A stretch of DNA of 64,000 nucleotides from Escherichia coli (GCF_048403405.1 NZ_CP183129.1); one strand, 5' to 3'; counted from the stretch's first letter, positions 49,028-62,654 are shown. Made by a program: numbers and translations. Notes: generated by a model not told the origin, from the letters alone.

Positions 49028-52000
49028 TTTGGGGATTGATGCGGCAGAGTTTAAAAATGAAATTCCCCGTATCAAAAACCTTCTGAATGGTGCAGCCAGC
49101 GATGCAGAACGGTCTTCTGCCCGTATGCAGCGTTTTATGGAGCGTCAGACTCAGGCCGCCCGGCAGACAACGCAGGCAGCTTCTTCGGCTGCAACAGCCG
49201 CATCCGTCCATGCGCAGACGGTGGAGAAGAACGCACAGGCTCATGAACGCATGGCCCGCGAGGTGGAGAAAACCCGCCAGCGCATGGAGGCACTGAGCCA
49301 GAAAATGCGCGAGGAACAGGCGCAGGCCATCGCTCTGGCGGAGGCTCAGGATAAAGCGGCTGCTGCGTTTTATCGTCAGATTGACAGTGTGAAACAGGCC
49401 AGTGCGGGGCTGCAGGAATTACAGCGTATTCAGCAGCAGATCCGACAGGCCAGAAACAGTGGCGGGATTGGTCAGCAGGATTATCTGGCGCTGATTTCTG
49501 AGGTTACGGCGAAAACCCGTGTTCTTACGCAGGCTGAGGCAGAGGCTACCCGACAGAAAGTGGCGTTTATCCGTCAGCTTAAAGAGCAGGCAACCCGCCA
49601 GAATCTTTCTTCTTCTGAGTTGCTTCGTGCCAGGGCTGCCCAGCTGGGGGTAAGCAGTGCTGCAGAAGTGTATATCCGCAAAATGGAGCGGGCAGGAAAA
49701 GCCACGCATTCGCTGGGTCTGAAAAGTGCAGCGGCCCGCCAGGAGATAGGCGTTCTGATAGGTGAACTGGCCCGCGGCAATTTAGGGGCGCTGAGGGGAT
49801 CCGGGATAACGCTGGCTAACCGTGCCGGATGGATAGACACACTGATGTCACCGAAAGGCATGATGCTGGGCGGGGTTATTGGCGGTATTACCGCGGCCGT
49901 CTATGGTCTGGGTAAAGCCTGGTATGACGGTCAGAAGGAGGGGGAAGAATTTAACCGCCAGCTGTCGCTGACGGGGCATTATGCCGGAGTCACTGCCGGG
50001 CAACTGTGGACGCTCAGTCGTGCTATTTCCGGGAATGGTATCACGCAACATGCTGCAGCCGGTGCGCTGGCTCAGGTGGTGGGGAGTGGTGCATTTCGTG
50101 GAAACGATATCGGTATGGTGGCGAGAGCTGCCGCACAGATGGAGCGATCGGTTGGCCAGTCGGTCAGCGATACCATAAATCAGTTTAAGCGGCTGAAGGA
50201 TGATCCTGTAAATGCCGCGAAGTCTCTGGACAATGAGCTGCATTTTCTTACTGCCACTCAGCTTGAGCAGATACGCGTCCTTGGAGAGCAGGGGCGGTCC
50301 AGTGATGCGGCACGGATAGCCATGTCTGCACTGGCAGAGGAAACCGGTCGGCGTACTGCGGATATTGATAATAACCTCAATGCGCTGGGCAGTACGCTGC
50401 AAACTTTGTCTGACTGGTGGAAGCAGTTCTGGGATGCGGCCATGAATATTGGTCGTGAAGATTCGCTGGATGCGCAGATTGCCACTTTGCAGGAGAAAGT
50501 GTCGCGGGCGAAAAGACTCCCCTGGACGGCATCATCTTCTCAGGTTGAATACGATCAGCAGCGTCTTAACGATCTTCAGGAGAAAAAACGCCAGAAGGAT
50601 TTGCAGGATGCAAAAGAGCAGGCAGAGCGGAATTATCAGGAGCAACAGAAACGCCGTAATGCTGAAAATGCTGCACTGAACCGGATGAATGAAACGGAAG
50701 CTGCACGACATCAGCGTGAAATTGCGCGTATTAATGCCATGCAGTACGCCGATCAGGCTGTCAGGGATGCGGCGATACAACGTGAAAATGAACGTTACGA
50801 GAAAGCCCTGGCATCCGGTAAGAAAAAAACACGCGAAACCCGTAATGATGAGGCCACCCGGTTATTGCTGCAGTACAGTCAGCAACAGGCACAGGTGGAA
50901 GGACAGATTGCTGCTGCCAGACAGTCAGCAGGCATTGCCACGGAAAGGATGACAGAAGCGCATAAACAGCTCCTGGCTCTGCAGCAGCGCATCAGCGACC
51001 TGGACGGGAAAAAACTGACGGCAGATGAAAAGAGTGTGCTGGCCCGTAAAGATGAACTGATTCAGGCACTGACGCTGCTGGATGTAAAACAGCAGGAGCT
51101 TCAGAAACAGACGGCACTCAACGAGCTGAAGAAAAAAACAATTCAGCTGACCAGTCAACTGGCTGAAGAAGAGCGCGCTCAGCGTCAGCAACATGACCTG
51201 GATATCGCCACGGTGGGTATGGGTGATCAGCAGCGACAGCGATATCAGGTACAACTGAGTCTTCGCCAGAAATACCAGCAACAGCTGGAGCAGTTGAGGC
51301 GGGATAGTGAGCAGAAAGGGACATATAACACGGATGACTACAGAAAGGCCGAGCAGGCGCTGACGGAGAGCCTGAACCGACAACTGAATGAGAATCGCCG
51401 TTACTGGCAACAGCTTGAAGTTGTGCAGGGTAACTGGAAAAACGGAGTCCTGCGTGCATTTCAGGATTTTACCGTGGATGCAGATAATACGGCAGAAACA
51501 GCAGAACAGGTGTTCTCGTCAGCCTTCAGCAACATGGGAAATGGCCTGGCAACTTTTGTCACTACCGGCAAACTCAATTTCAAATCCTTCACCTCTTCTG
51601 TGCTGTCAGATATGGCGAAAATCCTGGCGCAGGCAACCATGATGAAATCGATAAAAGGGATTGGCAGTGTACTGGGATTTGATCTCAGCAGCCTTTCCCT
51701 GAATGCCAATGGGGGGATTTATCAGTCTGCTGATTTGAGTCGTTACAGTGGCACGGTGGTTAACCGTCCGACGTTTTTTGCTTTTGCAAAAGGCGCGGGT
51801 GTGATGGGGGAAGCGGGACCTGAAGCCATTCTGCCATTGCGTCGTGGTGCTGACGGTAAGCTGGGGGTTGTGGCGGATATTGGGGGTTCAGGTATGGCGA
51901 TGTTTTCCCCGCAGTACAACATCGAGATCAATAACGATGGCACGAACGGGCAGATAGGTCCGGCTGCCCTGAAGGCGGTTTATGACCTCGGGAAAAAAGC

Positions 52001-52064
52001 GGCAGCGGACTTTATGCAACAGCAGGCCCGTGATGGTGGTCGGTTAAGTGGAGCATATCGGTAA
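48999..52064 (+). CDS. tail tape measure protein (gpH-like)
   Basis: About 1020 aa, long coiled-coil Ala/Gln-rich protein with a C-terminal Gly-rich region. Confidence 0.88.
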   Translation: MDQIANLVIDLGIDAAEFKNEIPRIKNLLNGAASDAERSSARMQRFMERQTQAARQTTQAASSAATAASVHAQTVEKNAQAHERMAREVEKTRQRMEALSQKMREEQAQAIALAEAQDKAAAAFYRQIDSVKQASAGLQELQRIQQQIRQARNSGGIGQQDYLALISEVTAKTRVLTQAEAEATRQKVAFIRQLKEQATRQNLSSSELLRARAAQLGVSSAAEVYIRKMERAGKATHSLGLKSAAARQEIGVLIGELARGNLGALRGSGITLANRAGWIDTLMSPKGMMLGGVIGGITAAVYGLGKAWYDGQKEGEEFNRQLSLTGHYAGVTAGQLWTLSRAISGNGITQHAAAGALAQVVGSGAFRGNDIGMVARAAAQMERSVGQSVSDTINQFKRLKDDPVNAAKSLDNELHFLTATQLEQIRVLGEQGRSSDAARIAMSALAEETGRRTADIDNNLNALGSTLQTLSDWWKQFWDAAMNIGREDSLDAQIATLQEKVSRAKRLPWTASSSQVEYDQQRLNDLQEKKRQKDLQDAKEQAERNYQEQQKRRNAENAALNRMNETEAARHQREIARINAMQYADQAVRDAAIQRENERYEKALASGKKKTRETRNDEATRLLLQYSQQQAQVEGQIAAARQSAGIATERMTEAHKQLLALQQRISDLDGKKLTADEKSVLARKDELIQALTLLDVKQQELQKQTALNELKKKTIQLTSQLAEEERAQRQQHDLDIATVGMGDQQRQRYQVQLSLRQKYQQQLEQLRRDSEQKGTYNTDDYRKAEQALTESLNRQLNENRRYWQQLEVVQGNWKNGVLRAFQDFTVDADNTAETAEQVFSSAFSNMGNGLATFVTTGKLNFKSFTSSVLSDMAKILAQATMMKSIKGIGSVLGFDLSSLSLNANGGIYQSADLSRYSGTVVNRPTFFAFAKGAGVMGEAGPEAILPLRRGADGKLGVVADIGGSGMAMFSPQYNIEINNDGTNGQIGPAALKAVYDLGKKAAADFMQQQARDGGRLSGAYR

Positions 52065-52393
52065 TGGAGACGTTTCACTGGAAAGTGCGCCCGGATATGA
52101 ATGTGGTATCAGAGCCGAAAGTGGTGACAGTGAAGCTGGGCGATGGTTATGAACAGCGTCGTGCGGCGGGACTGAATAACCAGTTGTCGACTTACAGCGT
52201 GACGATACGTGTTCGTAAATGTGAACACCCATCTTTAAAAGCCTTTCTGGAACGGCACGGTGGCGTCCGTGCATTTCAGTGGACGCCACCTTATGACTGG
52301 AAACCGATCAGGGTGGTTTGTCGTAAATGGTCGGCAAGCGTGGGGGCGCTGTGGGTAACCATAACGGCAGATTTTGAACAGGTCGTGGCATAG
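52064..52393 (+). CDS. minor tail protein M
   Basis: 109 aa, METFHWKVRPDMNVVSEPKVVTVKLGDGYEQRRAAGLN. Confidence 0.88.
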   Translation: METFHWKVRPDMNVVSEPKVVTVKLGDGYEQRRAAGLNNQLSTYSVTIRVRKCEHPSLKAFLERHGGVRAFQWTPPYDWKPIRVVCRKWSASVGALWVTITADFEQVVA

Positions 52394-52402
52394 GAGGCTC
52401 TG

Positions 52403-53101
52403 ATGCAGGATATTCCACAGGAAACACATCATGAGACGACACGCCTCACTCAGTCAGCCCAGGTGGTGCTCTGGGAAATCGATCTGACAGAGGTCGGTGG
52501 TGAACGTTATTTTTTCTGTAATGAGCAGAACGAAAAAGGTGAGCCGGTTACCTGGCAGGGGCGGCAGTATCAGGCATACCCCATTCAGGGGACGGGATTT
52601 GAACTGAACGGCAAGGGCAGTGCTGCCCGTCCGACACTGACGGTTTCTAACCTGCACGGAATGGTCACCGGGATGGCGGAAGACCTGCAGAGTCTGGTCG
52701 GCGGAACGGTGGTCAGGCGTAAGGTTTACGCCCGTTTTCTGGATGCGGTGAACTTCGTCAACGGAAACAGTGACGCCGATCCGGAGCAGGAGGTGATCAG
52801 CCGCTGGCGCATCGAGCAGTGCAGCGAACTGAGCGCGGTCAGTGCCTCTTTTGTACTGTCCACGCCGACGGAAACGGACGGTGCTGTTTTTCCGGGGCGC
52901 ATCATGCTGGCTAATACCTGCACCTGGACCTATCGCGGTGATGAGTGCGGTTATCACGGTCCGGCGGTCGCGGATGAATATGACCAGCCGACGTCCGATA
53001 TCACGAAGGATAAATGCAGCAAATGCCTGAGTGGTTGTAAGTTTCGCAATAACGTCGGCAACTTTGGCGGCTTCCTTTCCATTAACAAACTTTCGCAGTG
53101 A
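52403..53101 (+). CDS. minor tail protein L
   Basis: 232 aa; C-terminal cysteine cluster CSKCLSGCKFRNN. Confidence 0.88.
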   Translation: MQDIPQETHHETTRLTQSAQVVLWEIDLTEVGGERYFFCNEQNEKGEPVTWQGRQYQAYPIQGTGFELNGKGSAARPTLTVSNLHGMVTGMAEDLQSLVGGTVVRRKVYARFLDAVNFVNGNSDADPEQEVISRWRIEQCSELSAVSASFVLSTPTETDGAVFPGRIMLANTCTWTYRGDECGYHGPAVADEYDQPTSDITKDKCSKCLSGCKFRNNVGNFGGFLSINKLSQ

Positions 53102-53850
53102 ATCCCATGACAGAGACAGAATCAGCGATTCTGGCGCACGCCCGGCGATGTGCGCCAGCGGAGTCGTGCGGCTTCGTGGTGAGAACACCGGAGGGGGAAA
53201 GATATTTTCCCTGCGTGAATATCTCCGGTGAGCCGGAGGAGTATTTCCGGATGTCGCCGGAGGACTGGCTGCGGGCAGAGATGCAGGGTGAGATTGTGGC
53301 GCTGGTCCACAGCCACCCCGGTGGTATGCCCTGGCTGAGTGAGACCGACCGGCGGCTGCAGGTGCAGAGTGATTTGCCGTGGTGGCTGGTTTGCCGGGGA
53401 GCGATTCACAAGTTCCGCTGTGTGCCACATCTTTCCGGGCGGCGCTTTGAGCACGGGGTGACGGACTGTTACACGCTGTTCCGGGATGCTTACCATCTGG
53501 CGGGGATTGAGATGCCGGATTTTCATCGCGAGGATGACTGGTGGCGTAACGGTCAGAATCTCTATCTGGATAATCTGGAGGCCACAGGGCTGTATCAGGT
53601 GCCGTTGTCAGCGGCGCAGCCGGGCGATGTGCTGCTGTGCTGTTTTGGTTCATCGGTGCCGAATCATGCCGCCATTTACTGTGGTGACAGCGAGCTGCTG
53701 CACCATATTCCTGAACAACTGAGCAAACGAGAGAGGTACACCGACAAATGGCAGCGACGCACACACTCCCTCTGGCGTCACCGGGCATGGCACGCATCTG
53801 CCTTTACGGGGATTTACAACGATTTGGCCGTCGCATCGACCTTCGAGTGA
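53098..53850 (+). CDS. tail assembly protein K (MPN/JAB plus NlpC/P60 peptidase)
   Basis: JAMM motif HSHPGG; NlpC/P60-like Cys-His region. Confidence 0.85.
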   Translation: MNPMTETESAILAHARRCAPAESCGFVVRTPEGERYFPCVNISGEPEEYFRMSPEDWLRAEMQGEIVALVHSHPGGMPWLSETDRRLQVQSDLPWWLVCRGAIHKFRCVPHLSGRRFEHGVTDCYTLFRDAYHLAGIEMPDFHREDDWWRNGQNLYLDNLEATGLYQVPLSAAQPGDVLLCCFGSSVPNHAAIYCGDSELLHHIPEQLSKRERYTDKWQRRTHSLWRHRAWHASAFTGIYNDLAVASTFE

Positions 53851-54395
53851 AAACGGGGTCCGAAGCCATCCGGGCGCTGGCCATGCAGATCCCGGCGTTT
53901 CGTCAGAAACTGAGCGACGGCTGGTACCAGGTACGCATTGCCGGGCGTGATGCCGGTGAAACCGAATTGTCTGCCCGTCTTAATGAGCCGCTGGCAAATG
54001 GTGCCGTGATCCACATCGTGCCGCGTCTGGCGGGAGCTAAAAGTGGCGGTGTGTTTCAGGTGGTGCTGGGGGCGGCGCTGATTGCGGTGGCATGGTGGAA
54101 CCCTGTGGGCTGGCTGGGAGCCGCGGCTGTATCGGGTATGTATGCGGCAGGGGCCAGTATGATCCTGGGCGGAGTGGCGCAGATGCTGGCACCGAAAGCC
54201 AGGACGCCCACGGCAGCAAGTACAGATAACGGCAAACAGAACACCTATTTCTCCTCACTGGATAACATGGTTGCCCAGGGCAATGTTCTGCCCGTTCTGT
54301 ACGGTGAAATGCGCGTGGGGTCGCGGGTGGTCTCTCAGGAGATCAGCACGGCAGACGAAGGGGATGGTGGTCAGGTTGTGGTGATTGGTCGCTGA
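53748..54395 (+). CDS. tail assembly protein I
   Basis: MAATHTLPLASPGMARICLYGDLQRFGRRIDLRVKTG...; overlaps the K 3' end. Confidence 0.85.
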   Translation: MAATHTLPLASPGMARICLYGDLQRFGRRIDLRVKTGSEAIRALAMQIPAFRQKLSDGWYQVRIAGRDAGETELSARLNEPLANGAVIHIVPRLAGAKSGGVFQVVLGAALIAVAWWNPVGWLGAAAVSGMYAAGASMILGGVAQMLAPKARTPTAASTDNGKQNTYFSSLDNMVAQGNVLPVLYGEMRVGSRVVSQEISTADEGDGGQVVVIGR

Positions 54396-54398
54396 TGA

Positions 54399-57850
<3,452 letters not shown>

Positions 57851-57868
57851 ATTTTATAACCCATATAC

Positions 57869-57893
57869 GGGCGCCAGAAATGGCGCCTTTTTT
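57869..57893 (+). terminator. intrinsic terminator after J
   Basis: GGCGCC-AGAAAT-GGCGCC followed by TTTTTT. Confidence 0.75.
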
Positions 57894-57917
57894 ATTGCAG
57901 AAAAGCGAGAGGTAATT

Positions 57918-58517
57918 ATGCGTAAAGTTTGTGCAGCCATTTTGTCCGCAGCCATCTGTCTGTCCGTATCCGGTGCGCCTGCATGGGCATCTGAACATCA
58001 GTCCACGCTGAGCGCGGGGTATCTTCATGCCTCGACGAACGTTCCCGGCAGCGATGATCTTAACGGGATTAACGTGAAATACCGTTATGAGTTTACGGAC
58101 ACACTGGGGCTGGTGACGTCATTCAGCTATGCAGGAGACAAGAATCGCCAGCTTACCCGTTACAGCAATACCCGCTGGCATGAAGATTCCGTGCGTAACC
58201 GCTGGTTCAGCGTGATGGTGGGGCCGTCTGTGCGCGTGAATGAATGGTTCAGCGCGTATGCGATGGCGGGTATGGCTTACAGCCGTGTGTCGACCTTCTC
58301 CGGGGATTATCTCCGCGTAACTGACAACAAGGGGAAAACGCACGATGTGCTGACCGGAAGTGATGACGGTCGCCACAGCAACACGTCTCTGGCGTGGGGG
58401 GCTGGCGTGCAGTTTAACCCGACCGAATCCGTGGCCATTGACCTTGCTTATGAAGGTTCCGGCAGTGGTGACTGGCGCACTGACGGTTTCATCGTGGGTG
58501 TCGGTTATAAATTCTGA
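57918..58517 (+). CDS. lom: Ail/Lom-family outer-membrane protein
   Basis: Signal peptide [24 protein letters not shown]; beta-barrel repeats ending [10 protein letters not shown]. Confidence 0.88.
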
Positions 58518-58543
58518 TTAGCCAGGTAACACAGTGTTATGAC

Positions 58544-58571
58544 AGCCCGCCGGTTCAGGCGGGCTTTTTTG
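58544..58571 (+). terminator. intrinsic terminator after lom
   Basis: AGCCCGCC-GGTTC-AGGCGGGCT followed by TTTTTT. Confidence 0.75.
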
Positions 58572-58581
58572 TGGAGTGGAT

Positions 58582-60987
58582 ATGGCAGCAGTAAAAATCT
58601 CAGGTGTGCTGAAAGATGGTGCGGGAAAACCAATACAGAACTGCACTATTCAACTGAAGGCAAAGCGTAACAGCACCACGGTACTGGTGAACACGGTGGC
58701 CTCTGAAAATCCGGATGAAGCCGGGCGTTACAGCATGGATGTTGAGTATGGCCAGTACAGCGTTATCCTGCTTGTTGAAGGTTTTCCGCCTTCACATGCC
58801 GGAACCATTACCGTCTATGAAGGTTCCAGACCAGGTACGCTGAATGATTTTCTCGGTGCCATGACGGAAGATGATGTCATGCCGGAGGCATTGCGTCGTT
58901 TTGAGGAAATGGTGGAAGAAGCGGCACGCAACGCCGAAGCCGCCTCTCAGAGCGCAGCGGCGGCAAAGAAATCCGAAACTGCAGCGGCATCATCAAAGAA
59001 CGCGGCGAAAACCTCAGAAACGAATGCAGCTAATAGTGCACAGGCGGCAGCGACCTCAAAGACTGCATCGGCAAACTCCGCGACAGCAGCCAAAAAATCA
59101 GAAACCAACGCGAAAAATAGCGAGACAGCCGCAAAGACGAGCGAAACCAACGCAAAGTCCAGCCAGACGGCAGCGAAAACCAGCGAAACGAATGCCAAAG
59201 CCAGTGAAACTGCGGCAAAAAACAGCCAGGTTGCAGCAGCCCAAAGCGAGAGCGCGGCAGCCGGTTCTGCGACTTCAGCAGCTGGATCAGCAACTGCTGC
59301 GGCTAACAGCCAGAAAGCTGCGAAGACGAGTGAAACTAACGCAAAGTCCAGCCAGACGGCAGCGAAGACCAGCGAAACGAATGCCAAAGCCAGTGAAACT
59401 GCGGCGAAAAGCAGTCAGGATGCAGCGGCCCAAAGCGAGAGTGCCGCAGCCAGTTCTGCAAGCGCGGCGGCTGCTTCTGCCACTGCATCAGCTAACAGTC
59501 AAAAAGCAGCAAAAACCAGTGAAACCAACGCAAAGGCGAGCGAGACTGCGGCGGCGAACTCGGCGCAAGCATCGGCAGCAAGCCAGACAGCAGCTAAAGC
59601 AAGTGAAGACGCAGCCAGAGAGTATGCAAGCCAGGCAGCGGAGCCGTATAAACAAGTTTTGCAGCCGTTGCCCGATGTGTGGATACCGTTTAATGATTCA
59701 CTGGATATGATTACGGGCTTTTCGCCATCATATAAAAAAATTGTTATTGGCGACGATGAAATAACAATGCCTGGCGACAAGATTGTAAAGTTTAAACGCG
59801 CATCGAAAGCAACTTACATTAATAAATCTGGTGTGCTGACAGAGGCTGCCATTGACGAGCCACGATTTGAACGTGATGGCCTGCTTATTGAGGGGCAAAG
59901 AACTAACCTGCTAATCAATTCAACAAATCCGACTAAATGGAACAAGTCGTCAAATATGATCTTAAGTGCATCAGGTGTAGATGATTTCGGATTCCAGTAC
60001 GCAAAATTTACATTAAAACCAGAAATGGTAGGGCAAATTTCAGCGATTAACATAGTAACCGTTTCCGGCAGTAAAGGTTTTGATGTAACAGGCGGAGAAA
60101 AGTATGTAACCATATCATGCAGGGTGCAAAGTGGCACTCCAAATTTAAGATGCCGATTACGATTTGAAAACTATGATGGTTCTACCTACACATTCTTAGG
60201 TGACGCTTACTTAAATACGACAGATTTATCTATTGATAAGACGGGTGGTGCCGCTAATCGCATTACTGCAAGGGCTGTTAAAGATGAAGCAAGCAAATGG
60301 ATCTTTTTTGAGGCGACAATTAAGGCACTTGATACAGAAAATATGATAGGTGGAATGGTTCAGTATGCCCCGGCAAAAGGAGTGGGCACTGGCGCGGATG
60401 ATTATATTTATATTGCGACCCCTCAAGTTGAAGGTGGGGCGTGCGCTTCATCGTTTATTATAACAGGCGCATCCCCTGTAACACGCGCCAGCGATATTGT
60501 AACGGTCCCCATTTCTCTAAATTGGTGCAATCCCGCTATTAGTTCATTAGCAGAAGTTAATACCAATTGGGATGAATCGCCAAACAAAGAAGGTAGCGCA
60601 CGTATTCTTAATATTTCCACTACGGGAGATACAACTGAAATTGCAGATGAAAGTTATATGTATTTGGGGTATACATCTTTGGGAGCACGCGCAATCATTA
60701 CAAATGGTAAAGGCACTAAAATAGAATATAAAAGCGTTATAGAACGACCAGAGAGAAAAAGCATTATCGGCTTTAGATTCACAGAAAGTCGAGAATTGTG
60801 TGTTGTGGTTAACGGTAATATTGGTGCTAAGGTAGTTTCTCCTTATAAAAAACACAAATATACAGGAGGCTTCATTAATATTGGTGGTCAATCATCATCC
60901 GGCAACCGTCACCTATTTGGACACGTTCGAAATCTGCGTATTTGGCACAAGGCATTGACTGATGCTCAGATGGGGGAGTCAATCTAA
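58582..60987 (+). CDS. side tail fibre protein (lambda Stf-like N-terminus, Ala/Ser/Thr-rich repeat shaft, divergent AT-rich C-terminal receptor-binding region)
   Basis: N-terminus MAAVKISGVLKDGAGKPIQNCTIQLKAKRNSTT...; repeat shaft; C-terminal ~430 aa from an AT-rich segment ending ...GHVRNLRIWHKALTDAQMGESI (lectin/LamG-like ending). Confidence 0.85.
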   Translation: MAAVKISGVLKDGAGKPIQNCTIQLKAKRNSTTVLVNTVASENPDEAGRYSMDVEYGQYSVILLVEGFPPSHAGTITVYEGSRPGTLNDFLGAMTEDDVMPEALRRFEEMVEEAARNAEAASQSAAAAKKSETAAASSKNAAKTSETNAANSAQAAATSKTASANSATAAKKSETNAKNSETAAKTSETNAKSSQTAAKTSETNAKASETAAKNSQVAAAQSESAAAGSATSAAGSATAAANSQKAAKTSETNAKSSQTAAKTSETNAKASETAAKSSQDAAAQSESAAASSASAAAASATASANSQKAAKTSETNAKASETAAANSAQASAASQTAAKASEDAAREYASQAAEPYKQVLQPLPDVWIPFNDSLDMITGFSPSYKKIVIGDDEITMPGDKIVKFKRASKATYINKSGVLTEAAIDEPRFERDGLLIEGQRTNLLINSTNPTKWNKSSNMILSASGVDDFGFQYAKFTLKPEMVGQISAINIVTVSGSKGFDVTGGEKYVTISCRVQSGTPNLRCRLRFENYDGSTYTFLGDAYLNTTDLSIDKTGGAANRITARAVKDEASKWIFFEATIKALDTENMIGGMVQYAPAKGVGTGADDYIYIATPQVEGGACASSFIITGASPVTRASDIVTVPISLNWCNPAISSLAEVNTNWDESPNKEGSARILNISTTGDTTEIADESYMYLGYTSLGARAIITNGKGTKIEYKSVIERPERKSIIGFRFTESRELCVVVNGNIGAKVVSPYKKHKYTGGFINIGGQSSSGNRHLFGHVRNLRIWHKALTDAQMGESI
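59141..59518 (+). repeat. tandem direct repeat, 2 x 189 bp (63-aa unit), within the tail-fibre shaft region
   Basis: 59141-59329 and 59330-59518 are nearly identical (GAAAC-AACGCAAAGTCCAGCCAGACGGCAGCGAA-ACCAGCGAAACGAATGCCAAAGCCAGTGAAACTGCGGC...); a partial third copy follows. Confidence 0.8.
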
Positions 60988-61268
60988 TGAAAGATTTAAC
61001 ACTCAAATTTGCCGACAGGGCCGACTTTTCGGCCTTTATGGGAAGTATTGGCTATTATAATGACGAGTCGATGCAGGATGATATTCTGATTGATGTGATA
61101 GGTAACGTGTACAAAGAAACCGGAGAGCTGACTGAAGATGGCGAACCGGTATGTGTTAAGGAAGATGGATATTTTGTAAACGTGCGCATCATTAAGGATA
61201 CGCAAATATCGTCATTATTCGATGAATACGTGGTTGCTGTTGAGCATCAACTTCGTGGCTGGATGTGA
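60987..61268 (+). CDS. hypothetical protein (tail-fibre assembly chaperone position)
   Basis: 93-aa ORF overlapping the stf stop by 1 nt (TAATG); AT-rich. Confidence 0.45.
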   Translation: MKDLTLKFADRADFSAFMGSIGYYNDESMQDDILIDVIGNVYKETGELTEDGEPVCVKEDGYFVNVRIIKDTQISSLFDEYVVAVEHQLRGWM

Positions 61269-61277
61269 GGAAGAAAA

Positions 61278-62318
61278 ATGGCTACATCGACAGTAATTCC
61301 TGATGACATCAAAACGCTAAAATCCGACGTTAGCAAATTAAAAAACGATCAAGGAAGCTACGCAACAAAATTATATGTAGACAGCAAAGATGAAATCGTT
61401 GGTGACTGGTCTGCTTCATGGTATCAGCAGGTATTGCCAACTAGCGGAGCTATATTTGGGAGAAAACTCCGCTCAACTCACAGGACGGCAGGTGTTGAGG
61501 ATGCGTATTGCGAACTATACCTCAAAAAATGGATAGACAGTCCAGGTAACGCAATGGCGCGCCTTAACCTGAACGATAACGGGACAAACATTTGCTGGGA
61601 CTTTACCAACCTTTATGGCGGTACGATGATTTTTCCCGGTGACAGCGGATACCTCAAAATGGGTAACTGCCTTATGTCATACAGCAAGCGTGGAAGTAAC
61701 GCGCTTATTAAATTTGATTACACCGACACATTACAGATCAAATATGCCAATCATGGGTCAACCATGACATTAAACACACAGGGAACCGCTTATGCTGGTG
61801 TTACTGCTCAATTGTGGGGCAACTCCAGCCGTCCTGTTGTTTATGAAGTCGGTGTTGATGGTGGCGCTTATATGTTCTATGCGCAAAAAAATACCGATAA
61901 CACCTATATGTTAAGCGTTAATGGTGCATGTCATGCCACCGCATTTAACCAGCATTCCGACCGGGATCTGAAAGACAACATTCAGGTGATCGATAATGCA
62001 ACCGACCGCATCCGTAAAATGAACGGCTATACATACACGCTTAAAGAAAACGGTATGCCCTATGCTGGTGTCATTGCACAGGAAGCTCTGGAAGCAATCC
62101 CAGAAGTTGTAGGTTCCGCAATGAAATATCAGGACGGCGCAAGCGGATCGGAAGGTGAAGAAGGTGAACGTTATTACACAGTAGATTATTCTGGTGTTAC
62201 TGGCTTGCTTGTTCAGGTAGCCAGAGAGTCAGACGACAGAATAACAGCACTGGAAGAAGAAAACGCAGAATTAAGACAAAGATTATCTGCAATTGAGGCG
62301 GCGCTTGCGTCTAAATAA
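61278..62318 (+). CDS. second tail fibre / tail spike protein with C-terminal intramolecular chaperone (peptidase S74-like) domain
   Basis: 346 aa; C-terminus ...SDRDLKDNIQVIDNATDRIRKMNGYTYTLKEN...GVIAQEALEAIPEVV... plus a terminal coiled coil, typical of the auto-cleaving chaperone domain of phage fibres. Confidence 0.7.
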   Translation: MATSTVIPDDIKTLKSDVSKLKNDQGSYATKLYVDSKDEIVGDWSASWYQQVLPTSGAIFGRKLRSTHRTAGVEDAYCELYLKKWIDSPGNAMARLNLNDNGTNICWDFTNLYGGTMIFPGDSGYLKMGNCLMSYSKRGSNALIKFDYTDTLQIKYANHGSTMTLNTQGTAYAGVTAQLWGNSSRPVVYEVGVDGGAYMFYAQKNTDNTYMLSVNGACHATAFNQHSDRDLKDNIQVIDNATDRIRKMNGYTYTLKENGMPYAGVIAQEALEAIPEVVGSAMKYQDGASGSEGEEGERYYTVDYSGVTGLLVQVARESDDRITALEEENAELRQRLSAIEAALASK

Positions 62319-62324
62319 TATCAA

Positions 62325-62345
62325 GGGGCCGAGCGCCCCGTTTTA
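62325..62345 (+). terminator. intrinsic terminator after the second fibre gene
   Basis: GGGGCCGAGCGCCCCG followed by TTTTATT. Confidence 0.6.
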
Positions 62346-62354
62346 TTGGGTAGG

Positions 62355-62654
62355 ATGAAAATGGATATAACACCTTTCCTTCATGCGCTTTGTGCTGTGG
62401 CTGCGCAGCTACTGGTTGGTCTTTTTACCGGGAACTGGGCTTACGGGGCGATAGCCGGTTGTACGTTCTTCATTGCGCGTGAACACACCCAGGCGGAATA
62501 TCGCTGGATTGAAATGTTTGGGCATGGCAAGAGGATTAACATGCCGTGGTGGGGCGGTTTTGATCCGCGCGTGTGGGATGTGGCAAGCCTGATGGATTTT
62601 GCTGTGCCGGTGGTGGCGTGTCTGCTGGTCTGGCTGTTGGTTAATCGTGGGTGA
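62355..62654 (+). CDS. hypothetical small membrane protein
   Basis: About 100 aa with two hydrophobic helices (LHALCAVAAQLLVGLF, FAVPVVACLLVWLLV). Confidence 0.5.
   Translation: MKMDITPFLHALCAVAAQLLVGLFTGNWAYGAIAGCTFFIAREHTQAEYRWIEMFGHGKRINMPWWGGFDPRVWDVASLMDFAVPVVACLLVWLLVNRG

Noticed and set aside
52454-53797. 447-aa minus-strand ORF
   Set aside because: Antisense to tail genes L and K; Arg/Pro/Ala-rich, as expected for a spurious frame in GC-rich coding DNA.
58871-59710. 279-aa plus-strand ORF rich in Arg/Gln/Pro/Lys
   Set aside because: Alternative frame of the tail-fibre repeat region; an artefact of the repetitive GC-rich shaft sequence.
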